From the NCBI GenBank assembly GCA_965222075.1, contig OZ244937.1:608001-672000 (forward strand): DNA of 64,000 nucleotides. Direction: 5' to 3'. Of the stretch, positions 52,900-62,773 are shown in pieces. The translations under genes and the position numbers were made by a program. The first letter of the stretch is position 1, and every line of letters starts with the position of its first letter. The notes under the pieces are model-generated. The model was not told the origin of the DNA and ran no database searches. It was given only the letters and a program-made list of their open reading frames with translations. The DNA is from Candidatus Latescibacterota bacterium (GTDB lineage Bacteria > Latescibacterota > UBA2968 > GCA-2709665).

Positions 52900-53150
52900 G
52901 GGTGTTGCTGGCTGCAGGTCGTTGAGCCCCATTCTGTACCTTCCGAATGGCTGGCGCTGGACCTGGGTGCAGGGGAGCTTGCTGCGCTGGCGCTTGGGCT
53001 GGAAAATCCAGACCGGGTGGTTCTTGTGGATGAGCGGCTGGCACGGCGCACGTATTGGGAGACTCTCAGCCTGCCTACCGAGGCGGTGGAATACGGTTGA
53101 CCAGCAGGGTGGTCCGGCACTACGATGAGTTGGAGGCGCAGGCGGTCGCG
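52900..53150 (+). pseudogene. Degraded PIN-domain (DUF3368-like) toxin fragment
   Basis: LDLGAGE.AALAL......VLVDERLARR, followed by a frameshift/stop. No N-terminus. Confidence 0.6.
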
Positions 53151-53302
53151 AATGCAGGGAGCCCCCGATAGGACAGATTTATCGGGGCTTTTTTTTGTTT
53201 TTTTACGTCTCAGGAGGATACTTTCTTTTGATATGTGCGTCAATTGTTATGAACGCGTTCGAAGCAGGGTATTAACGTGCAGCGTTGCGGAGGGGACATC
53301 CG

Positions 53303-54745
53303 GTGGAGCGACCGGAAGACCGGGATCTGATCGAGCAGACGCTGGCCGGAAATCAGAGGGCGTTTGCCGTTCTGGTGGAACGCTACGGGCGGGAGGTGTA
53401 CGCCCGGATTGGCCGGTGGGTGCGTTATCCGGAGGATGTTGAGGATCTGGCACAGGAGGTTTTTATCAGGGCGTACTCTCGACTGGGGCAGTTGAGAGAG
53501 GTGCGCAGATTTCCGGCGTGGCTTCGGGCGATTGCCGACAATACGGCGCGGGGGTGGCACCGCCGCCGGATTGTGCAGCTTCAACTGGGAGAGGCCCTGG
53601 AGGCCGAATGGGCCGCTGAAACGGGGAACTCGGGAGACGAAGCGGAGGCCCGGAGGATTCGGGCAATGATTCGGGATGCGCTTCGGTCTCTTTCCGAAGC
53701 GCACCGGCAGGTGATTGTGCATCACTATTTTAAAGGATATACGTACGTGGAGACGGCCGATCTGCTGGGCCTGAAGGTGGATACGGTTCGCAGCCGCCTT
53801 CAGAAGGCGAGACGGCGATTGAGAGAGGAGATGATTGCGATGAGAAATGCGGATACACCCATGCAGGCGTTTGAACTGACGCGGAAAGACCTCAGCGCGT
53901 TGCGCTGGGGAATAGCGTTTGTCAGCCAGGATGAGAACCGTCCCATTCTTCAGGGGGTCTGTTTGGATACGGGGGGGCGGGTTGTTGCGACCGATGGCGC
54001 CCGGCTGCTGATCCGGACCGCGGAAGGTCTGAAGAAGATCGCGGCTCCCGTTATCCTGGGGCCCTGGGGCGAGGTTGAGATTCCCGATGCGGAGCGGGCG
54101 ACGCTTTCCATTGGAGAGGAAAGCGCTGTTTTACAGGTTCAGGGCGAACCGGATCGCCCGGTTTCAGTGATAGAGGGGTCTTATGTCAAGTACGAGTCGG
54201 TCATTCCCACGGATGCGCCCGTTTGCTCCGTAACGGTTCAGACGGGTGCGCTGCTGGAGGCAGTCGAACTGATCGGCGAGCATCTGGCGCCCCGACATCC
54301 GGTGGATCAGGAGGAGACGTGGCGATACTCCCCGGCGATGGAAATCCGGCTCTCTGTACCGGACCAGACGCTTTCGATGATCACGGCGCGAAATATGGGA
54401 TATCGCTGTAAGATGCCGGACGGGGAGTGGCGCCCATACGATCCACACAAAGACGCCGGGGAGGGGCCACCCGCGGACAGTCCGGACTGGACTTTCACGA
54501 CCACGGTTCAGGCCCGGGTGGCCATGAATGGGCCGGAGGAGATTTTTCGGATCGGGGTGAACCATGCGTACTGGCGGTCCGGCATTTGCGCCCTTGAGGC
54601 GGGTCGAGAAGAACCGATGGATTTTCGATTTGTGGGAGTACACAAAGCGATTCTGTGCTCACTTCCCGACCGGGAGGATCGAAAGACGCTGGTGATGCCG
54701 TTGAGGTTGAAACGGGACGAAGCGGGTTCGGAGGATAGCGGGTAG
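53303..54745 (+). CDS. ECF sigma-70 factor fused to a beta-sliding-clamp-like (DnaN domains II-III) module
   Basis: Sigma2 EDLAQEVFIRAY..L..L....F.AWL..IA.N; sigma4 Y.E.A..LG....TV.SRL..AR..L. The C-terminal part has DE.RP.L.GV, VATDG.RL, IEG.Y..Y.SVIP, IG.N..Y and terminal VMPLRL. Confidence 0.8.
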   Translation: MERPEDRDLIEQTLAGNQRAFAVLVERYGREVYARIGRWVRYPEDVEDLAQEVFIRAYSRLGQLREVRRFPAWLRAIADNTARGWHRRRIVQLQLGEALEAEWAAETGNSGDEAEARRIRAMIRDALRSLSEAHRQVIVHHYFKGYTYVETADLLGLKVDTVRSRLQKARRRLREEMIAMRNADTPMQAFELTRKDLSALRWGIAFVSQDENRPILQGVCLDTGGRVVATDGARLLIRTAEGLKKIAAPVILGPWGEVEIPDAERATLSIGEESAVLQVQGEPDRPVSVIEGSYVKYESVIPTDAPVCSVTVQTGALLEAVELIGEHLAPRHPVDQEETWRYSPAMEIRLSVPDQTLSMITARNMGYRCKMPDGEWRPYDPHKDAGEGPPADSPDWTFTTTVQARVAMNGPEEIFRIGVNHAYWRSGICALEAGREEPMDFRFVGVHKAILCSLPDREDRKTLVMPLRLKRDEAGSEDSG

Positions 54746-54948
54746 GCGTTTGTGGTTCGTGGACTCCGGGGCAACCGTTTGTGGTTGCCCTTTTTTTTGT
54801 GGTTCGGACATACCGGTGGTGGGTAAAAACGTGTCCGGGTTTTCTCTTTGGGGTTGACATTCGGGCGATCAGGATACATGATACGTCTTTGGTTTGTCGA
54901 AGCCTTTGGACAGCCACGGGAGGCTGCCTCTACGCAAAGGAGACGGTT

Positions 54949-56094
54949 ATGGATATCGAGGCTGTGCGTGTGGGGATTCCAGCGCTGCAGGAGACATGTT
55001 TTTTTAATACGGCGGGCATCGGGCCGATGCCTTCGGCTGTGGTCGATGAGGTGGTGGGTTTGATCCGTCTGCAGGAGGCGCAGGGGCGGTTCCGGCCGGA
55101 TGTGCGTGGGATGTTAGAGGAGCGGACGGAGGGGGCGCGGGGAATCGCGGCCCGGTTTTTTGGGGTGACGCCGGAGGAGATGATGTTTTCACACAGTATT
55201 TCCGATGGGCTGAATACGGTTTCCGAAGGGTTGGACTGGAAGGCGGGAGACGAGGTGATTACTTCGGACCAGGAACATCCGTCGGGCTACCTGCCCTGGC
55301 TGCTTCAGGCTAAGCAGCAGGGGGTGGTGATAAAACGGCTGCGGCTTCTGCCCGAACCGGAGGGGATGGCCGACCGGCTGAGGGCGCTGCTGACGGAGCG
55401 GACGCGCGTGGTGGTGCTGAGCCACGTGACGAGCAGCCTGGGCATCCGGGTGCCTGCGGCGGAGATCGTTCAGGCCGGACACGAAGCCGGGGCGCTGGTG
55501 GGATTCGACGGGGCGCAGTCTGTGGGGCAGTTTCCGATTGACCTTCGGGAGATGGACTGCGATTTTTACGCGGCCACGAGCTACAAGTGGTGTCTGGGGC
55601 CGTACGGGGTGGGCGCTCTCTACGTGAAGCGGGACGTGCTGCCGCAGGTCGCGGTGAGGCGTTCGGGAGCCAAGGCGGTGGACCGGGTGGATATGGACGC
55701 AGGCACGGTTGTTTTCCCGGATACGGCCCGAAAGTTCGAGTTCGGGGCGCGGAATCTGCCGCTGCGGATCGGGTACGGGAGGGCGCTGCGCCATATCGAA
55801 GAGATCGGGACGGAGCAGATCGAGGCGCGGGTGCGGGAGATGGTGGATTATTTCAGGAAACGGACCTCTGAGATCCCGGGGGCCCGGGTGCAGACGCCGG
55901 CAGGGTTTGACGCGGGGGCGGTGAACGTGGCGGTGGAAGGGGCGGACCCGGATGCGGTGTGCCGGACGCTGTGGGAGGAACATAAGATCGTGGCTGTATC
56001 TCCCGCAGGAGGGCTGCGGTTTTCCGTGGCGTTTTTCAACACGCGGGAGGAGGTGGACGGGGTTGTGGAGGCGTTGAAGCGGGCAGTGGAGTAA
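54949..56094 (+). CDS. Class V PLP aminotransferase (cysteine desulfurase/epimerase-like)
   Basis: Motifs EHPS, SHV, DGAQS.G, SYKW..GP.G and FE.G. AAAGGAG RBS. Confidence 0.88.
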   Translation: MDIEAVRVGIPALQETCFFNTAGIGPMPSAVVDEVVGLIRLQEAQGRFRPDVRGMLEERTEGARGIAARFFGVTPEEMMFSHSISDGLNTVSEGLDWKAGDEVITSDQEHPSGYLPWLLQAKQQGVVIKRLRLLPEPEGMADRLRALLTERTRVVVLSHVTSSLGIRVPAAEIVQAGHEAGALVGFDGAQSVGQFPIDLREMDCDFYAATSYKWCLGPYGVGALYVKRDVLPQVAVRRSGAKAVDRVDMDAGTVVFPDTARKFEFGARNLPLRIGYGRALRHIEEIGTEQIEARVREMVDYFRKRTSEIPGARVQTPAGFDAGAVNVAVEGADPDAVCRTLWEEHKIVAVSPAGGLRFSVAFFNTREEVDGVVEALKRAVE

Positions 56095-56112
56095 GGCGGG
56101 AAGCGTGGGAGG

Positions 56113-56982
56113 CTATGTGTGACACCATTTTTTCAGGAGCGAATTCACGATGTCCAGCGTGCCGTCGTTGTATATGACCGCGTCATAAGCAGAGGCGTAT
56201 TGTTCCAGGGTTGCTTCTGTGCTATCGTTTAAAAAACCGAAACGAATCATACAGGTGTGGTCTATTCCGTCGCCCATCCTTACGTCTTCCAGGGTGTCTC
56301 CCAGGAGCAACACGTTTCTCCTGTGGACGATTTCGCGGTAATAACCGGACTGTTTTGCGCGTTCCTCGTTTTTGTTCAGGCTGTGAATCAACGGTTTTTC
56401 ATAGTCTCTGGCCCTGCCTTCAGCGTCAAGAATCAAGGTGTTGGCGATGATATGGACGTTTTTTGTGAGGCGGTTTCTGGCTTCTAAATAGGCCTCAATC
56501 ACATTTTTGATCCCTGCCGACAGGATCAGGAGGGGGATGTCGTGTCGGTCCAGGATATCGAAAAAATCCCATACCCCCTCTCTCATCCGCAGTTTGTCTT
56601 CCTCAATGATGCGTTCTATAATCCTTCTGTTGAAACCGTATGCAACCAGAAGCTCGTACTGCTTTGACCACCACTGGCGCATTTTGACGATTTTTTCATT
56701 CTCTAAGATATCAGGGGATGTTTCTATGTGACGGTAGGTGTCAAAGAGGGCTTGAGACCGCCGGTTGAAGCCTTCGTCCAGGTAATTTTTATTGATGATG
56801 AGCGAGTAGGTAGACTGGTCTTTGCGGTCTGCTGTTGACGCTCTGGTCAGGGTTCTGTCCCAATCGCTTACAACGTGGAGTTCGCCGATCCCGTCTGCCT
56901 TCAGTTTGTCTAATTTCCGTTTCCATTCCTCAGGGTTTGAAATCCGCACGCTGCTTATGTTGTGTATTTTGTCGTGACTCAC
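56113..56982 (-). CDS. Pyrimidine 5'-nucleotidase (UMPH-1/NT5C3-like HAD)
   Basis: Motifs LHVVSDWDRTLT, M.QWW.K, SAG, IHS.NK, NVLLLGD..ED..M and GFLND. Start codon approximate. Confidence 0.8.
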   Translation of the reverse strand: MSHDKIHNISSVRISNPEEWKRKLDKLKADGIGELHVVSDWDRTLTRASTADRKDQSTYSLIINKNYLDEGFNRRSQALFDTYRHIETSPDILENEKIVKMRQWWSKQYELLVAYGFNRRIIERIIEEDKLRMREGVWDFFDILDRHDIPLLILSAGIKNVIEAYLEARNRLTKNVHIIANTLILDAEGRARDYEKPLIHSLNKNEERAKQSGYYREIVHRRNVLLLGDTLEDVRMGDGIDHTCMIRFGFLNDSTEATLEQYASAYDAVIYNDGTLDIVNSLLKKWCHT

Positions 56983-56992
56983 GTCGGGTACT

Positions 56993-57868
56993 TTACGATG
57001 AACATCGGCGTTCCTGTTGGAGACCGACGGCCGAATGGACCGCAAGCGTGATCAGGACGATTGCGCCACCGATAAATGCCTGCGCCCCCGGCTGCTCGCC
57101 CAGCGCGAGCCAGACCCAGTAGGGACCGATTACCATTTCCAGGAGCATCAACAGGTTCACTTCCGGCGCTGGAAGGTATCGCGGCCCGAGCACGATCAGG
57201 CCCAGGGACAGGGGCAGGACGACCAGGCCCAGCAGGAGCAGGTACAACACATCGTTTCCTGCAACGGCCCAGGGGGTGGCCAGCGGGGAGACGAGCACGG
57301 CGGCCATCAGTCCGCCGATGGCGACGCTCGGGGTCATATCTACCTCGGGTACCGACCGCAGCACCGCGAACTGCCCTCCCAGGCAGCATGCGCTGCCAAG
57401 GGCGCACAGGTCGCCAACCAGCAGGCCGCTTTGCAGGTTGCTCGACACGGTGACACCGAGGCCGCAGAGGGCTGAGAAGATGGCGACCCAGGTGCGCTGC
57501 GCAACCGGTTCCCCCAGGAAGGTGCGGCTGAAAATGGCGGCGGCCAGCGGTCCGGCGCCCAGGATGATCAGGGTGTTGGCAACGGTCGTGTGGATGATGG
57601 CCAGAACGAAAAATATCGTGCCGACGGCCATCAGCCCACCCACCAGCAGTCCCTTCCGGCCAACCGCTCGAAACGCATCTCTTACGCCCTGATGAGGGCG
57701 CAGAGAGACCAGAACCGTGAGGCCTGCGGCCATAAGCAGGCCGCGCCAGAAAATCAGGGTCCAGGTGTCGGTTTCAATCAGGCGAATAAGCAGGCTGTCC
57801 GGACTCAGGATCAGGACGCCGCTGACGGTTATCAGAATGCCTTTGAGGTGAGGAGGGTGTGTTGCCAT
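56993..57868 (-). CDS. DMT/EamA family transporter
   Basis: About 10 TM segments; motifs FLGE and LLE...GP.WVWL..GE.P. Confidence 0.88.
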   Translation of the reverse strand: MATHPPHLKGILITVSGVLILSPDSLLIRLIETDTWTLIFWRGLLMAAGLTVLVSLRPHQGVRDAFRAVGRKGLLVGGLMAVGTIFFVLAIIHTTVANTLIILGAGPLAAAIFSRTFLGEPVAQRTWVAIFSALCGLGVTVSSNLQSGLLVGDLCALGSACCLGGQFAVLRSVPEVDMTPSVAIGGLMAAVLVSPLATPWAVAGNDVLYLLLLGLVVLPLSLGLIVLGPRYLPAPEVNLLMLLEMVIGPYWVWLALGEQPGAQAFIGGAIVLITLAVHSAVGLQQERRCSS

Positions 57869-58035
57869 AAGCGCCTTTCAAAGGGTACGGGTTTGACGCT
57901 ACAGCCCAGACTCAACCCGCTTTCCGTTTCCACAGCGCCTGCTCGACCCGCTCCCGGATCTCATCCATGCTGGTCCTCAGGTTTGAGTTCCTTGGCTACG
58001 AAGTCATGCGGGGGATTTCCAAAGATCAGTCGCCA

Positions 58036-59520
58036 TCACGCGCGTCTGTCCCATGCCAATTGACGGAGAGTTGCTTCGCGTATTTCCTCCTCGTCGAAGC
58101 CGTACTGTGAGTAGGCGATAACGGCGTCCCGGTTGATGACATAGTTCAGCGGAAAGGCGGTCATGCCGGTCCGTTCGGAGTCCTGGTACTGGTTGGCGAA
58201 CAGGTCCCAACCGGCTGGCGTGGTGTCAAGGATGTTCGGAAACGTGACGCCTTTGTCGGCCAGGAATTGCCGGAGAATGGGTTTCTCGTCCGCCGGGTTC
58301 ATGCCAATGACAACAAGGCCGCGATCCCGGAACGCCTGATGCAACCGCTCCAGCGCAGCCGCCTGCGTTCGGCAGGGTTTGCAACCGACGCGCCAGAAGG
58401 ACAGGAGGACGACGCATCCGCGCGCGTCCGACAGGCGGAATCGTTGTCCGCCTAACGTCGTTCTCTCGAAGTCGGGCGCGTCCGCGCCGATAGGCAACAG
58501 GTTGTCTTCGAGCGAAGGGTGGCGGAACTCCACCCAATCGGCCGGGGGTTCCCATGCGAAAATCGAGTCGTCGATGGTTGGGTTGAGTTGGATGGCGTTC
58601 CATCGCGCGCGCTGGAACTGACGGTCATTTACGTATAGCCGCTGTTCCACTTTGCGCGGCAAGCCGTCTGCGAGGGACAGCCAGAGCGCCTGAACGCGTT
58701 GGCCCTTCATCAAGCTCACCTCGATGACGTCGCAGTCTTCGCCAGCCGCCGTTCCGACCCCGACACAGGCGATGCTGTCCACATAGGACAGCATCGGGTC
58801 GTTATAACCGTGGAAGGCGCTTGGGTTGAGAATGAGGTGCGCGCCGATGTTTTTGGCGGCGTGCCAGATGGAGAATCGATTCGCCGGCTGTTCCTCGACC
58901 ATGTAACTGGTGAGCTTCGCGCGCTCGTGTTGGGCGGGGTCTTCCCACGAGTATTGGGGTCGTCCGCCGGGCCAGGTTCGCCAGAATCGCTTCCCGTCTC
59001 CGATAAGTGCGCTGGTAACGGCCCCATCCTCCAGATTCTCGAGTCGTGCATAACCCGGCTTCTTGAGCCACATGCGGCACTGGCCCTTGCGGAGCGTCTG
59101 CGCTTTAACACGCCAGACGAAGTCGATTTCGACGTACAGGGAGTCGGCGCCGCGCAGTTCACGCAACATCCGGTCGAAGCGTTCCCGGCCTCGCGGGTCG
59201 TCCTGAGCCGCTGCGTTGACGGGAGCGTCTCCTGTGTTGCGCCACTGGGGCGCAATCGACCCGCGCAACGCGGCGACACGCGCTTTCATCTGCTCCCAGT
59301 TGTCGAAGCCATACTCGCGGGCGAGGGTGAATTGCGCCTCTGCGAGCGGCAGCGAGGCTGCGCGTATCTCGTCGTCCGACTTGTCTGTGAATCTGGGGTG
59401 TGCGGCCCGTATTCGCGCGAAAGCATCGCGCTCCTGAGCACGGTAGGCTTTATGGAGGGCCTTCGCCTGACGGCGAAGATGGTTGACGTCGGGGTCGGCA
59501 GGCAGACGTGGGGTTGGCAT
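58036..59520 (-). CDS. Three-domain protein: N-terminal helical QAK..AREYGF..W domain, LolA-like domain and TlpA redoxin
   Basis: LP..P....L..QAK.L...AQ..LAREYGF..W; KKPGYAR...F...PP; G..APDF...W..GCKPC...P.NYVI. Confidence 0.75.
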   Translation of the reverse strand: MPTPRLPADPDVNHLRRQAKALHKAYRAQERDAFARIRAAHPRFTDKSDDEIRAASLPLAEAQFTLAREYGFDNWEQMKARVAALRGSIAPQWRNTGDAPVNAAAQDDPRGRERFDRMLRELRGADSLYVEIDFVWRVKAQTLRKGQCRMWLKKPGYARLENLEDGAVTSALIGDGKRFWRTWPGGRPQYSWEDPAQHERAKLTSYMVEEQPANRFSIWHAAKNIGAHLILNPSAFHGYNDPMLSYVDSIACVGVGTAAGEDCDVIEVSLMKGQRVQALWLSLADGLPRKVEQRLYVNDRQFQRARWNAIQLNPTIDDSIFAWEPPADWVEFRHPSLEDNLLPIGADAPDFERTTLGGQRFRLSDARGCVVLLSFWRVGCKPCRTQAAALERLHQAFRDRGLVVIGMNPADEKPILRQFLADKGVTFPNILDTTPAGWDLFANQYQDSERTGMTAFPLNYVINRDAVIAYSQYGFDEEEIREATLRQLAWDRRA

Positions 59521-60191
59521 GGCTACCTTCTTTCTGTGTTGGGCCCGATGTCCGCCTGAACGGGTCGAAAGAAGGTTGTAAAATATGACGAACGGCCGGT
59601 GGACTATGTCCTTCCTGCGGACGCGGCGCTTCCGGCAAAGCATAAATAAGATAACGTTGCGATGCGCGCGTGTCAAGCGCGGTTTTTATCTTTGTCGGCG
59701 TATTCCTGAGCGTAATCGGCGGCTCGACAGGGTCGGGCTGGTGCTGCGCCTGTCGGCGGTGTCGACCGGCCAACTGACCCTGCACATCAGCGGGCGCTCG
59801 TTCACGCTCGACGACGCGCCGGCTTCCGGAGGGGAGTATGTCTGGGAGCCGCGCGACATGTGGTGGCGCGATGGCGAGACGGTGTACATGAGCCTGATTT
59901 AGCGGTTGTTTCGGGGTGGCATTCATACTAAATTATCTTTGTCACCACACACGATCGGCGACCGGACTTGGCCGGGCGTGGACAAGACGATACTTTGGGC
60001 ATGGCAGGTTCCTTGGGCGAGGAGGCATGCCCAATCTACCAAGGAGCCTGTCTTTATTCAACCGCTGAACTGAAAAGCAAGTACGGATTCACGCACCAAT
60101 GCCGCTCAGAATTGCAAACAACTGACACGCGGAACGAACACAGGCCGTCCCCATCAAGGGCAATGTCTGAAATAAGGAGAGGTAAATAGCC

Positions 60192-61388
60192 ATGTCTGAG
60201 GAGAAAGCATTCTTAGAGAAAGTTCATATCAAAAACTTTCTTAGCTTGCGTGATGTTGAGCTTCCGCTAAAGCCTTTGACGGTTCTCGTCGGACCCAATG
60301 CAAGTGGAAAATCGAATATCTTGAATGCGTTGAGCCTTCTCAACGGGATGATGATTGATGAAGAACTACCTCCAGTTAAATCTATCCGAGATTCTCTTTG
60401 GGCAGGTGAAGCAAACCAAATCACTTTCCAATTGCAGGCCAAAGTGAAAGAAGTCCCAACACTATACGAACTGAAGCTAAAAGCGGAGGCTGACAGTCCT
60501 GTTGTTGCTGAAGAATTATCGGTTAACTCTGTAAACGTCATATCCATTCAGCGCGGGAAGGGCGAAGTTCAGGATGAAGATGGCGAGAACAAGACACCAT
60601 ACAAGTCCAATAAACTCGCTTTGAGGTCCGCTGGCGATTATGGAGACAAGCCCATTACGAGTGTCTTAACGGGGTTTATTAAGGATTGGGAATTTTATGA
60701 CTTTCAACCAAACCTCATACGGAAGTATTTAGAGGTATTACCATTTTTTATAGTAGAGAAGATTTTATCGGAAGAGTTGTGCGAATCTCCAAAACTCAAT
60801 GATGATGGTTCGACGTTATCGGCGTTACTCTCGTACTGGCACGAGAATACGCCAGAGCGTTTCCAAAGCATTAGTGATTCCCTCGCCGCTTCTACGAATC
60901 TCAGAATAGACCAACGCTCAATTAACGGAGATAACAAGCCCTGTCTTTTAGAAGGATACAAGCAGCCGATACCTTTGGGGAAAGCATCTGACGGCATATT
61001 GCGTCTCGTTGCATATTACATCTTGCTTAACGAACCTGAGTTGCCGCCGTTTATTGCCATCGAAGAACCGGAGCGAAATCTACACCCCGGTGCTTTGACG
61101 GATATTACAAATGTACTTGAGCAAATTTCCGAACACTCCCAGGTGATTATCACGACGCATAGCTCTCAACTCCTCGATGCCTTTAATCCTGAGAACTTAT
61201 CGGATTCGCTCGGCGTTTTACTCTTACGCAACGTTCCCGGACACGGCACAGAAGTCATCAACCTTGAGAATATCCGCTGTGGCCGAGCAGCACTGGACGG
61301 TTGGATTACGGATTTCGGAATCGGCAGTGCCATTTTCGATAGCGAACTGCTACAAGACCTGATGGAGGAGCCAGTGTGCCAACCATGA
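60192..61388 (+). CDS. ABC/AAA_21-family ATPase
   Basis: Motifs I.NF.SL, GPNASGKS, SDG, IEEPE..LHP and TTHS. AGGAGAGG RBS. AT-richer than the host. Confidence 0.88.
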   Translation: MSEEKAFLEKVHIKNFLSLRDVELPLKPLTVLVGPNASGKSNILNALSLLNGMMIDEELPPVKSIRDSLWAGEANQITFQLQAKVKEVPTLYELKLKAEADSPVVAEELSVNSVNVISIQRGKGEVQDEDGENKTPYKSNKLALRSAGDYGDKPITSVLTGFIKDWEFYDFQPNLIRKYLEVLPFFIVEKILSEELCESPKLNDDGSTLSALLSYWHENTPERFQSISDSLAASTNLRIDQRSINGDNKPCLLEGYKQPIPLGKASDGILRLVAYYILLNEPELPPFIAIEEPERNLHPGALTDITNVLEQISEHSQVIITTHSSQLLDAFNPENLSDSLGVLLLRNVPGHGTEVINLENIRCGRAALDGWITDFGIGSAIFDSELLQDLMEEPVCQP

Positions 61389-62130
61389 GAATCTGGACTT
61401 TGGAATCAGACAATGATGCCAAAGCGGTCAAATGTTTGGCAAATAAGTTGGTGACACATCTGCAACTGGAAATTTATCTATCCAGGCATCTGGTCGAAAC
61501 GCAGTCCCAAAACGAAATAGAAGAGGGGCATCTTCGAGCGACACGCTGAAGATGGCGGTTCAAAATTATCTCCAGCAAGATGTCTGTGTTATTTTCGTTA
61601 TCGACAGTGACGGTCCGATGTCAAGCCACCAACGGCAGCAAGAACCGAATTCGCTTATCAATCAGATCACACGGGTCGTCGAGGACAGCCGTTTTACTGG
61701 CAAAGTATTTCTCGCACAGGCTGTGCAGGAACTTGAAGCGTGGTTGCTGATTGATTGTCTTGGGATTTTCTGTTATTTCGCCAGCAAAGTCGCACAGTAC
61801 AGGGAAAATTGCCGTGATGCTGTTTTGACAAACCAATCTTTCACACGATTGGTCGATCATTATCAGAAAGGCGATACGGAAAAGATCGTCGAAGCGGAAA
61901 TAGGAGGCAGTGGCGCCAAAGAATATTTGATTGAATTTTCTAAAGAAATTCTGCTTGCACTCAATCCAAACCTGCCTCACAGGAATGTCAACCGGCGGCA
62001 GTACCGTGAAAACATGTCACCCGAAGTAGCTGAACAGGTGCTCATTGACCGACACACATTAGGACGAAACCATTCTCTCTGCAAACTGGGAAACTTGCTC
62101 GCTCAATTCCAGCGAGCAGAGTACGCATGA
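61385..62130 (+). pseudogene. DUF4276/RloB-like TOPRIM-fold partner of the ATPase, frameshifted near 61470
   Basis: The ATGA-coupled start MRIWTLESDND runs out of frame. The downstream frame carries IDSD and QELEAWLL. Adding one base joins the two. Confidence 0.65.
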
Positions 62131-62398
62131 CTCTTGACATGGCATTACCAAAGCTGATCGCATGCAGACGGCCTCACCGCGCGCTTTGTGCATCGCCATA
62201 CCACTTACCACCCTCGAAGAGACAGGAGCCTCAAGCATCGGTGAACGGACGGGCGCTTCCGTGCCACCGTCACTCGCTCCTGGTCAGGACGGACCACAGG
62301 TAGAGCAGCATGCCCGCGCCAATAAGCAGGGTCCCCAGGCCCAGGAACAGGAAGAACGAAATCGGATGGTTCCAGTGGCGTCTACTACGAGAACGTAC

Positions 62399-62438
62399 AA
62401 AGAAGGGGAGGCTCCCATGCGGGGGCTTCCCCTTCTTT
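62399..62438. terminator. Bidirectional terminator hairpin
   Basis: AAAGAAGGGG...CCCCTTCTTT, between convergent genes. Confidence 0.65.
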
Positions 62439-62446
62439 ATGGATCG

Positions 62447-62773
62447 TTAAACTGCGGCGGCGAGACGCTGGTTGACGACTCGCCAGAAGGTTGCAACTGC
62501 TTTCTTTTTTGTATCAAAAAAATCCTCAAAAAACCCACAGCCATTCAGCGGCGGCGGATAAGCATAGCGCTCATCGGCATCGCCAAACTCTGTTACCCAA
62601 TCGTCTGGCTCGCGAGGATCGACAATGTCGAATAACTGATGAGGATACAAGTAGGGCCGACCCTGGTCGCTCAAAATCCGCAAATCATCGGCCTCGATCC
62701 CGATCACCACATAGTCTTGACCAGGCGTCAGGTCCGGATAACGCGTGTTTTTACGCTGTAATCTGACAATCAT
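62447..62773 (-). CDS. Small conserved protein, putative immunity/antitoxin
   Basis: Pattern LT.G..Y.V..IE...LRI..D.G.PYLYP..LF. Confidence 0.65.
   Translation of the reverse strand: MIVRLQRKNTRYPDLTPGQDYVVIGIEADDLRILSDQGRPYLYPHQLFDIVDPREPDDWVTEFGDADERYAYPPPLNGCGFFEDFFDTKKKAVATFWRVVNQRLAAAV

Noticed and set aside
59690-59902. Fragment resembling a surface-protein beta domain (LTLHISGRSFTL...W.DGETV)
   Set aside because: No clear start or family assignment; at most a gene relic.
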